This document shows, piece after piece, positions 1-9,221 of a stretch of DNA of 64,000 nucleotides. This DNA comes from Andalucia godoyi And28 (Eukaryota; Protista; Jakobida). Position 1 is the stretch's first letter; each line of letters starts with the position of its first letter. Location of the stretch: the NCBI GenBank assembly GCA_009859145.1, contig VRVR01000001.1, positions 16,463 through 80,462 of the forward strand, given 5' to 3'. The position numbers were made by a program, and so were the translations under genes. Below the pieces are notes generated by a model. It was not told where the DNA came from and ran no database searches. It was given only the letters and a program-made list of their open reading frames with translations.

Positions 1-216
1 AGCGGCTTTGTGCTCGTGCTGGCATTGTCGGAGACAAATGCGCCGAAAAGTCGCAGAATTTCTTTTTGTGAAGTGGTGTCTTCGTCGTTTGGCAGGCATT
101 CCTCAGTGCACCAGCCTCGGGCAGCGTTTTGACAAAAGCAGACTCGGAACGCACAATCAGAAAAGAAGAAGAAGAAGAAGAAGACGAAGAAGGGAGGAAA
201 CAACCGCACACAAAGA

Positions 217-1482
217 ATGTCAGACGATCACTCGGACGTGACGCTCAAGGTCGTGTTTGCATTTGTGTTGCTTGTATCTGCTTTGCTAGGATCTGGACTT
301 CCCGTGCTCATGGCACACCGACGGCATCGATCACAGTCGCGGGATGTCCCTGCAGCTGGCTTGGCGCCTGACGGATCATCTCGTTGTGAAGTTTCTGTGA
401 GCCGCGATGCGACAGACAATCCGCAAGGTCACCAGGAATCTGACTGCACTCTTGCAGTGAACACAGTGGACGGAACAGAAGGGGGCCATGAATTACTGCC
501 AACGGATGGGGAAAGTGCAATCTCGCAGGGAAAAGGAGCAACAATTGTGGAAATTGCTGCCGAAGTCACCTCCGTGCCGTGCCAGTGCCCCGGGCAAGAC
601 GAAGTGCTGGGAGCGAGCTGCCCCAAGTCTCAGAAACACGATCACAGTAAGACCCGCGAATACAACTGGTTTGCGATTGGTGAGTCGTTTTCCGGGGGCA
701 TTGTTCTGAGTGCTGGATTAATGCACTTGCTTGCAGACGGAACTGAACTGGTGCAAGAAGCACAGGTCACTCCCGGATGGCCTCTGTCGTACTTCCTGGC
801 AGGCTTGGTGGCTCTTGTGCTGTTTGTCATTGACACCCTGCTCGAACAGGCGGTGTCACAGGATGAGCTGCTTGAAGACTTGCATCTTACCCACGTCCTC
901 ACGCATTCGCATACCCATGTCAAGGGAGAGGAACACCACCACCACTCGATGTCCGTGGATCTGGATGCGAGCGATCGGGAGACAAAGAATCGATGTCTGT
1001 CCCGGATAAAGAAGACAATGTGGATAATGTTCGTTGTCCTATCTATGCATGCATTCCTGGAAGGCCTTGCTCTTGGAGCAGCGGCAAACGAGTCCACGAT
1101 TACTGCAGTCTTTATTGCCATTGCATCGCACAAGGTGTTTGAGGGATTTGCGTTGGGTGTCCGACTGCACGCAGTCATCGCTCTGTCAAGAGAACTGGTG
1201 GTCCTGTCGTGGGCACTGGCTGTGATGTTCTCGGTGGTGTCCCCTCTTGGGATCGGGATCGGGATTGTCATATCCGATTCTCTCGCAGGAGCCGCTGCCG
1301 AGATTGCAAGTGGTGTTTTGTTGTCGCTCGCTGCCGGCTCCTTCTTGTACGTCGGATTGGTTGAGATTATTCCTTCTGCCATCCCTCGAGGGAGCGTCCT
1401 CCTGAACTGCACATCGCTGATAGCTGGGTACGGTGCCATGAGCGCCCTCGCGCTGTGGAGCCACGAAGGCCATTCCCATTAA
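217..1482 (+). CDS. ZIP (Zrt/Irt-like) zinc/iron transporter
   Basis: 421 aa ORF with ATG at 217. About 8 hydrophobic segments, a His-rich loop (HLTHVLTHSHTHVKGEEHHHHS), and TM4/TM5 signatures LSMHAFLEGLALG and IASHKVFEGFALG. Confidence 0.93.
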   Translation: MSDDHSDVTLKVVFAFVLLVSALLGSGLPVLMAHRRHRSQSRDVPAAGLAPDGSSRCEVSVSRDATDNPQGHQESDCTLAVNTVDGTEGGHELLPTDGESAISQGKGATIVEIAAEVTSVPCQCPGQDEVLGASCPKSQKHDHSKTREYNWFAIGESFSGGIVLSAGLMHLLADGTELVQEAQVTPGWPLSYFLAGLVALVLFVIDTLLEQAVSQDELLEDLHLTHVLTHSHTHVKGEEHHHHSMSVDLDASDRETKNRCLSRIKKTMWIMFVVLSMHAFLEGLALGAAANESTITAVFIAIASHKVFEGFALGVRLHAVIALSRELVVLSWALAVMFSVVSPLGIGIGIVISDSLAGAAAEIASGVLLSLAAGSFLYVGLVEIIPSAIPRGSVLLNCTSLIAGYGAMSALALWSHEGHSH

Positions 1483-1646
1483 ATAAACAGCACACACGTG
1501 AAAAGGAAAAGGAATGGGGAAAAGGAATGGGGAAAAAAGAAAACCCAAAGCCGAGATTTATACGCATCAAGATTCGATTTGAAACGCCCAACCCTCCCCA
1601 ACTAACTAACTAACCAACCAAATCCACGAAAACGACCATCAGCGGT

Positions 1647-3236
1647 TCAGCGTACAACAGAGGCCCTGCGTGACGCGTCTTCCTCGTCTGCATCATCGTC
1701 GGGCTGATCCGCAAAGACATCATCTTGCAACGTTTGACCTCCGCCCTGCTGCAGTTCAAGATCGAAGAATTGCCCTTCTAGCTCTTGATTTCTATTGCCG
1801 TCGTTCGCTTCAACAAACATGGGCTGGTGATCCACATTGGTTCGTTCGCTCTTTCCACACTCGTCATTTCCGAGCAAATTGTGCAGATCTTCATTGAGAT
1901 CGTCAGTGTCCAAGTCCTCATTATCAGTGGTTTCTGACAGCGGCATCGGTACATTATCTTGAAGAGCGAGCAGCTTCTTTTTAGCCGAAAACAGTTCACA
2001 GATAATGTCCTCGTTGAGCTCCGGGTCTCCCAGCAATCGACCATGCTCACTGCTCGAATGGAAGACCTTCCACAGGCGACAACTATGCGAAGGCGGAAAA
2101 ATGGCATGATACGGGACTCTGCCGTCAGATGAGACTTGCGGGGCACTGAAAAAGTCGTAGCCTTTGAGCGATTTTGGTCCATTCACCATAATGGACGTTG
2201 GAGACAGGCGGTTCTTGGCTCCCAGAACGACAATCGGAACGGTTCGACAAGGAATCGCATTCGTAGGAGACATGAACGTTTCCCGGAATTTCTTGGCCTG
2301 GTGCAGCGCCGCCTTGAGGTGTGCCATGCATTGAGCCTCACGCTCTGGGGTTATGTTCGGATCCGAAAAGACAGAGAATTTTAGGGATCGCCACGTCTCT
2401 GGGCTGTACGCATCATACTCGTCCTCTAGAGGTATTCCTTTTTCATCCACGAGCCACGTCTGGTTGTCTTGTTTTAGAGGCGAAAACGGCCAAGGACACG
2501 CAAAGGAAAACAGCACATCCGCCGACAGCAGCGTCTTATTGAATCCGACCTTGTTGCCGACGTGTAAATCCGGCATACCATACACTCCCGGCCGGAACGG
2601 AACAGACGCAAAGCAAATGGAATGAAACAAATCCGGTCGCTTTTGTAGCAGCGCATACGTGATCGCGCCCCCATTCGAGTGAGCAATGACCTGGCACCCC
2701 TTTGTCTTCTTCGGTTCCTGGTTTAAGATCCCGTCGAGAAATTCTTCAAACGCCTTGATATGCTCCCAATTATCTCGTCGCCAGTCATATGTAAACACAT
2801 GAAACGTGCGCCCCGTCACCAAACAATGCTGCTTTCCAAAGTCAACCATAGGCCCGTACACCCGTCGCCACATGACTTTGAGGACAAGACCATCGACAAC
2901 GACGTCGTCCTTCGCCTGCGTGTACATGTCAGTCTCTGCGTCGTAGGCCCATTCGAGTGGAGATGCAAGCGTGCGATCCACCACGGGCTTTGGAGCAGAG
3001 TCTTTGAATTTCGAAAAGAAGCGAGACGGCGACGGCGATGGCGACGAAGACAGCGGGGACTGTGCAGAAGGAGAAGCAGGGCCAAACGAAGCGGGAGATC
3101 CAGACCTCGGCGTCCCTGTGGTCGAAGACTTCACCAGCAAGCCTGGATCTACCCATAGAACACCTCTCGAAGGAGAAACTAACCGAGCACCCTTGAGCCC
3201 GTGGATAAACACAAGAGGAACATCATTGTCAACCAT
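1647..3236 (-). CDS. Alpha/beta-hydrolase, LCAT/phospholipase A-like acyltransferase-lipase
   Basis: 529 aa. N-terminal PLVFIHGLKGARL, FTYDWRR motif, nucleophile elbow IAHSNGG, SDGRVP (catalytic Asp region) and EHGRLL (His). Acidic disordered C-terminal tail. Confidence 0.85.
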   Translation of the reverse strand: MVDNDVPLVFIHGLKGARLVSPSRGVLWVDPGLLVKSSTTGTPRSGSPASFGPASPSAQSPLSSSPSPSPSRFFSKFKDSAPKPVVDRTLASPLEWAYDAETDMYTQAKDDVVVDGLVLKVMWRRVYGPMVDFGKQHCLVTGRTFHVFTYDWRRDNWEHIKAFEEFLDGILNQEPKKTKGCQVIAHSNGGAITYALLQKRPDLFHSICFASVPFRPGVYGMPDLHVGNKVGFNKTLLSADVLFSFACPWPFSPLKQDNQTWLVDEKGIPLEDEYDAYSPETWRSLKFSVFSDPNITPEREAQCMAHLKAALHQAKKFRETFMSPTNAIPCRTVPIVVLGAKNRLSPTSIMVNGPKSLKGYDFFSAPQVSSDGRVPYHAIFPPSHSCRLWKVFHSSSEHGRLLGDPELNEDIICELFSAKKKLLALQDNVPMPLSETTDNEDLDTDDLNEDLHNLLGNDECGKSERTNVDHQPMFVEANDGNRNQELEGQFFDLELQQGGGQTLQDDVFADQPDDDADEEDASRRASVVR

Positions 3237-4160
3237 TTCGATGAGCAGGAGAGGGAAGGAAGGACGAGGAGGAGGAGGGAATATGTAAAAAACAGGACTT
3301 ACTGAACCGCCCTTCTTTCCTTACTAGACCGTAACAAATCTTCAAAGATGTAATTAATATATAAATATATATAACCCAAGTATTAAAAAACCAGAACAAC
3401 CAACCACACACAGTGCAGCTGCGTTTAGAGCGACGTCGAAACAAAATATTAAAATATTGAAATATTGAAATATATATTTTTTTATACATATATTTTTATA
3501 AAACGGCAGTTGTCGAGTCTGTTGTCTTCTTTTGGGTGATCCGATTCTGTTTTTATTTGTCCTCATGCATGCAGAAGAAAAACGGATTTCAAAATGGGGC
3601 AACCGTGCTCTACAACAGGCTGAAGCTTGGCACCGCAACGTCGTGTGTTTTTGATTGAAAGACAATCGGTCTTTTGGAAGGAAGAATTAGAGTGGTATCC
3701 AGTGAATCTAAAACATGGACTCGCGGATGCCGTTGAAGGAGGCGTCGGATTCTAGTGTTGTAACCGTTTCTTCTGTGATGCAATACTGGTAATTCGCGGC
3801 TGTTTCCGGCTGCGGTCACAAGGTTGATTACTTGACGACCATACATGTCACCGTAAACATCTAACTAACTAACTAACTAACCAACTAAAAAAGTGCTTTG
3901 CGCGTATCCACGTTCAGTCATAAACCCGGAGCATTCTGAAGGCGGCAGCAACCGCGGGTCCTCGCACGGACTGAAGCAGGATGGAGGGAAGAAAGAAAAA
4001 ACACAGCCAAAATATTGCACCAAATCCTTTTACAAATCAACAAGGAACGCATGCACACATAAGCGAACACAGAGAGACACCTCGGAAGCACGAAACAAAA
4101 CAAAAAAAAAAAAAAAAGACGGGAGGAATACAGAGCAGACGACCCTTCTCATGCATGCGA

Positions 4161-5804
4161 TCAAGCGACCCGCATACCGGAAAGCTTTGCGATTGCACGA
4201 CTGACGGCATCCATGCTGTCGTAGCAGTCAAATTCCGTAATGATCGCCGACGGTCCAGCAGATTCTATCGTGGAACCTGTAGAATCGTGCGGGGTGCTGG
4301 GAGTAAAGATAAATCGACACGCTCCTGTGGGGCATCCGGCACACTGGTGCTTGTATCCGCTCCGAGGTGCATCAAATACCACTGGTTTGGTCTTGAACTT
4401 GGTCAGTTTTGTCGGCGTTCCACACCGAAAGCACGGCTGAAGCACGTTGCTTCGAGAATTCGTGTTGGTCCAACGATGTCGGCAATTTGAGCACTCAAAC
4501 AGGCCGTATCCAAACTGAACATCCACTGGCACCGCGTCATATCGAATGCAACACTTTCGACAGCGCGATACAGGCTTCTTCCCGTCCACCATTTTCCACC
4601 ACGTGAAAGTACAGGCGGGGCATCCAAACTGTCGCACTTCCTGGAATGCAGCATCGAACCGACTAAGGTTGCCGATCGTCAGGGAACTGACGTTGCGGTC
4701 CGAGCTACTGGATACACCGGATGCATTGGATGCACTCAAAGTATTGGAAGCAGTGGGAGCACGAGAAGAACGGGAGGAACGGGATGCACGGGAACTTGCG
4801 GAAGCGGCGGACGGCTGCAAAGCCGGTGTACGTGAAGCAGGACGCAGCGCATTCAAGTCAGCGGCGGGAAGCGGAATCGACATGAGGAAATGATACTGCA
4901 CATCCTGCTGAATGAATTGTCGCAAAACATCGGGAAAACTCTGGCCCATGACGGAGAACGCGCGATACAAAAACCACACATCGAGACCTGCGTATTGCAC
5001 CAATGAAACTGGAATTGGAGAGCGCGCAAAAACGTTGTTGCAGCGACGCATGACCTCATCGAAGAATGGCTTCAGCGGATGCTCCCCGCATTGTAGGTTC
5101 CTGCACATCTCTGCCAAGCCAACGTTTGCCCGTGCGGCTTCAGAGTTTTCGAAACAGTGCCTGTACAGAATTTGTGTATCGACGTAATTCTGAACGGTTG
5201 CCGAGAATGGAGCATGCGAGAGTGCCCGGATATCCGATCGACAGCCGTGAAACACCTTGAGGATGGACGGATCTTCCAAAATGCACTTCACTTCCTGGAA
5301 GATCTCCGGACGCTCCCACACATTGAATACAAACACTTGCACATCACTTGTGCACATCTGGATCAAGCACAAATCACCGCCAGGCTGTCCAAGATTCACA
5401 CCCTCGCAATCAACCGCAACCACACTCCACGGCGATGCCCGAAGTGTGTCCACGGCTGAAATCGCATCTCCCATCTCCGTAATGTGCTCGATCAGCGGCT
5501 GCGATTCAAACATGGACCAGCAGTCGGTCTCCCACGTAAGAAGACCCTCTTCTGTCTCCGGCCGAATCTTGTGCGCCCGCGTCCACCAGCGACGGACATC
5601 GCTCCACGAGACATCCGAGAAGTGTTCATGATGCTTCCAGTAGTCAAAAATCGACGTGAGTTCACGGACCACCACGGTCCGCATATCAGGATGGTCATAC
5701 AGGTGCCGGAAAAACTCATCTGCAACAAGAATCTCGCGATACGCAGCATCTGCATACGGCTGATTGCCGGCGTTCGAGTTTCGCAAACGACGCGTCTGAT
5801 TCAT
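4161..5804 (-). CDS. DEDDy 3'-5' exonuclease (EXD1/Egalitarian-like) fused to a C-terminal Shiftless (SHFL/RyDEN)-like Cys-rich domain
   Basis: 547 aa from ATG at 5804 (the track's 6113 start runs through a GA microsatellite). ExoI VAVDCEG, ExoII [9 protein letters not shown], DTQ and ExoIII YAGLDV are at about 4980-5411. The C-terminus [73 protein letters not shown] parallels the recalled SHFL sequence. Confidence 0.88.
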   Translation of the reverse strand: [547 protein letters not shown]

Positions 5805-5834
5805 GGAAATTCTCTCCTTCTTCTTTGTTCCCCC

Positions 5835-5977
<143 letters not shown>

Positions 5978-6324
5978 TTTCTTTTCTCTTCTCTTTTTTC
6001 TTGTTAAAAAGACCCCCGCACAGATCGTGGTCGTAAACACTGGATGCAAGAACAACATCAAGACAAACACTGGAGACAGAAAACAGAAGACAGAAGCTAG
6101 CTCCAGCGGCCATTTGACCAGACAGGCGCTTGCGGGATCTTTTATTGTTATTATTATTTTATATATATATATATATATTTTGAATAGCAAATCCTCTCCG
6201 CAGTTTGATGGACAAGCCAGCATCCAAAGGTTGCTTTTCAACGAGCATGCACACAAATAAGAAACGGAATCAAAAAACGCAGAGTGTGCAATTATTTTTT
6301 GGATTGAATATTTTTTGTGGCTGT

Positions 6325-7503
6325 TTATACCTTCTTGTACTCGAGAGTTGTCTCGACTTTCTTAGTTTCCATGACCTTTCTGCAAGCCTTGATGAAATCC
6401 TCCTGTGTGACGTAGTCACGGTCGCCCCGAATGGCAAAATACCCGGCTTCCGTGCACACATTTCTCAAATCCGCACCGTTGCAGCCCTCTGTGAGCTTGA
6501 CGATTGCTTCGTAGTCGATCTCCTTTTCCTTTTGCACCTTGGATGCATGGATCTTGATGATTTCGAGGCGCCCCTGCTCGTTGGGCAGCGGAATCTCAAT
6601 CTTTCTGTCCAGTCGGCCTGGTCTGAGCAAGGCAGGATCCAGCACATCAGGGCGGTTGGTGGCCATGATCACCTTGACTTGTCCAAGAACATCGAATCCG
6701 TCCAGCTGGTTCAGCAGCTCCATCAGCGTTCTTTGAATTTCTCGATCTGACGACGTTCCCTCTGAAAACCTGCGGCCGCCAATTGCATCGATTTCGTCCA
6801 TAAAGATGATGCATGGTTGGTGATCCTTGGCATAACCAAACATCTCGCGGATAATGCGGGCAGATTCCCCAATGTACTTGTCGACCACAGCGGACGAGAC
6901 CACTTTCAAAAAGTTTGCGTTCATGGACCGTGCAACAGCTCTTGCAAGGAGAGTCTTTCCCGTGCCCGGTGGCCCATACAACAGCACTCCCTTCGGCGCC
7001 TTGATGCCGACGCGGACAAACAGCTCTGGGTTTGTCAGAGGCAGCTCAATGACCTCCCGCATTTCTCGAATCTGGTCCTGGAGACCTCCCACACCCGCAA
7101 ACGTCACATCGCCGGGGTCTTCCTTCAGCATGTTGTACACCATTGGGTCTACTTCGCGAGGTAGCACACGCATGATCGTGAATGTTGTCATGGCCATCTC
7201 CAGCGTAACGCGGGACCCGACCTTGATTTTCGAGCGATCGAGCTTCGGCCTGACTCCCACGACATACCGAGGGCCGGATGATGCCTTGACAATATACCGG
7301 TCCTCATCAAGCTGCCGCAGAACTTCGCCGATGATCTGCCCCACAGACTGCAGCGCCCGCAAATGGTCCTCGGTCTTGTCAAACATCTGCTTCAGAGTCG
7401 AAAGATTCTGACGCCGCTGCCTCACTTCGCCATCAATTCGACGATGCTCATTCAGCTTGTTTGTAAAGTTCTCTATTGCTCGAGTCCGCCGTTGGTCCGC
7501 CAT
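6325..7503 (-). CDS. PSMC6: 26S proteasome AAA-ATPase RPT4
   Basis: 392 aa. [19 protein letters not shown], Walker A GPPGTGKT, Walker [30 protein letters not shown] (RPT4-diagnostic) and [11 protein letters not shown]. Confidence 0.97.
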   Translation of the reverse strand: MADQRRTRAIENFTNKLNEHRRIDGEVRQRRQNLSTLKQMFDKTEDHLRALQSVGQIIGEVLRQLDEDRYIVKASSGPRYVVGVRPKLDRSKIKVGSRVTLEMAMTTFTIMRVLPREVDPMVYNMLKEDPGDVTFAGVGGLQDQIREMREVIELPLTNPELFVRVGIKAPKGVLLYGPPGTGKTLLARAVARSMNANFLKVVSSAVVDKYIGESARIIREMFGYAKDHQPCIIFMDEIDAIGGRRFSEGTSSDREIQRTLMELLNQLDGFDVLGQVKVIMATNRPDVLDPALLRPGRLDRKIEIPLPNEQGRLEIIKIHASKVQKEKEIDYEAIVKLTEGCNGADLRNVCTEAGYFAIRGDRDYVTQEDFIKACRKVMETKKVETTLEYKKV

Positions 7504-7529
7504 CGCCCACTCACTCCCTTCAGTACAAG

Positions 7530-7580
7530 GAAGAAGAAGAAGAGGAGGAAGAAGAAGAAGAAGAAGAAGAAGAAGAAGAA
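7530..7580. repeat. (GAA)n trinucleotide tract
   Basis: GAA/GAG run just upstream of the RPT4 start. Confidence 0.95.
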
Positions 7581-7760
7581 ATCACAGGAAATAAGAAAAT
7601 GGAACAAGCAGACAAGAAAAGATCAAGTCAAAATAGGCAAAGGAGAGGAAGTAGGATTTGCGAGGACTTGAACGGCTGGGGTTGAAGCATCCTTTGAGAC
7701 ACCTTCAAGTGACCGTCATATTGGACAATCGGCGTTCTTGCATTTTATGAATCCTTCTCT

Positions 7761-7830
7761 CTCTCTCTTTCTCACTCTTTCTCACTCTTTCTCACTCTTT
7801 CTCACTCTTTCTGACTCTTTCTCACTCCCT
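7761..7830. repeat. 10-bp tandem repeat (CTCACTCTTT) x~7
   Basis: ctctctcttt/ctcactcttt x4/ctgactcttt/ctcactccct in the RPT4-RPN7 divergent spacer. Confidence 0.93.
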
Positions 7831-7922
7831 GTTCTTTGGAATTCCTCAGATTGTTTCAGCTTCATTTTCCCAATCAACTTCTTTTTTTTTCCAGTCGACG
7901 ACGGGTTTGAGGTGCTGCTAGA

Positions 7923-9083
7923 ATGGAAGACGAAGTTGTGCTGCGCGATGCATTGCTTGATTTTGCAGATCTAAAGTTCTTTTTGACAAGATGCCGAGCG
8001 GCATCGCTCGACAGGAAGACGCTCTTCGCTCGGGCCGAGACGCTGTGTCGAGAACGAAACATGTCGAAAGCATATGTCTCGCTTTGCGCGGAGCTGAATA
8101 TCACTCCGAATGCAGAGGTTGTAAACGCTGCAGAATCTGCGAACGCTGCTGCATTGAAGGAAATTGACGAGAAAATTGCAGACGCAGAGGAGAATTTGGG
8201 AGAATCCGAGGTTCGAGAGGCGTACAATGCAAAGGCAGTGCTAATGCACTTGACTGGGACAAAAGAGGAGGCTGTTGCGGCGTACAAGGCACTGTATGAA
8301 AAGACAGTGGCGCTGGGACAGCGATTCGACATTCTATTTTGCTTGATGCGAATCGGATTTGCATTTGGCGATGAAGATCTCATCAAGACGCAAATTGAAC
8401 GCGGGCACAAGCTAGTCGATGAGGGTGGAGATTGGGAACGCAGGAACAAACTGAAGGTGTACGAGGCTCTGTATTCCGCGCAACGAAGACAGTTTGCACC
8501 AGCCTCCAAGCTGTTCTTGGAGTGCGTGGCGACCTTCTCCTCCACGGAACTGATGGACTTCAAGACATTTGTCGCGTTTGTGGTCGTGACGTCGGCCATT
8601 GCTGTCGAGAGACCAGTCCTCAAGAGCAAGGTCATTGATGCCCCCGAGGTGTTACAAGCCATCGGAGAAACTGCTCACTTGCAGACATTCTTGAACTCTT
8701 TTTACGACTGCACCTACCACGAATTCTTCACAAGTTTGGTCGGTGTTTGCGACTGGATGGAACGAAGCTTCCACGTGCACGCACACGTCAATTTCTACAA
8801 TCGCGAAATGAGACTTCGTGCCTATGCGCAGTACCTCGAGTCGTACAAGTCGGTTACCTTGATCAGCATGTCAAAGTCCTTTGGTGTGTCCGAAGACTTT
8901 TTGGATCGCGACTTGTCACGAATGATTGCAGCAGGCCGCTTGCCAGCAAAAATTGACAAAGTGGCCGGATCCATCGAGACGAACCGACCTGACAGCAAGA
9001 ATGCTCTTTACAAGGACAGCATCAAACATGGAGACCAGCTGCTGAATCGCCTGCAGAGACTCTCTCGTGTTATCGACATTTAA
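7923..9083 (+). CDS. PSMD6: 26S proteasome lid subunit RPN7
   Basis: 386 aa. DEKIADAEENLGESEVREA, GGDWERRNKLKVYE, FLECVATFSSTEL, and a PCI domain ending KIDKVAGSIETNRPDSKNALY. Confidence 0.96.
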   Translation: MEDEVVLRDALLDFADLKFFLTRCRAASLDRKTLFARAETLCRERNMSKAYVSLCAELNITPNAEVVNAAESANAAALKEIDEKIADAEENLGESEVREAYNAKAVLMHLTGTKEEAVAAYKALYEKTVALGQRFDILFCLMRIGFAFGDEDLIKTQIERGHKLVDEGGDWERRNKLKVYEALYSAQRRQFAPASKLFLECVATFSSTELMDFKTFVAFVVVTSAIAVERPVLKSKVIDAPEVLQAIGETAHLQTFLNSFYDCTYHEFFTSLVGVCDWMERSFHVHAHVNFYNREMRLRAYAQYLESYKSVTLISMSKSFGVSEDFLDRDLSRMIAAGRLPAKIDKVAGSIETNRPDSKNALYKDSIKHGDQLLNRLQRLSRVIDI

Positions 9084-9221
9084 GTATCCGTAGTTTTAAA
9101 AAACTGAATTAAAAAATTAAATTAAAGAATATTAATAATATATATAAAAAAGAGGGGGAGAGGAATCAAAATCGAATCGCGTTCCTCCATACAATCTGTC
9201 ATGCACGACTTCCAGATGGCC

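Noticed and set aside
642-1439. 265 aa antisense ORF over the ZIP gene (similarly 23677-24438, 30995-31840, 60240-61364)
   Set aside because: Shadow ORFs produced by codon bias of well-supported genes on the opposite strand; no motifs.
3894-3930. GCTTTGCGC resembling the U4 snRNA 5' end
   Set aside because: The following U4/U6 pairing and kink-turn sequences are absent.
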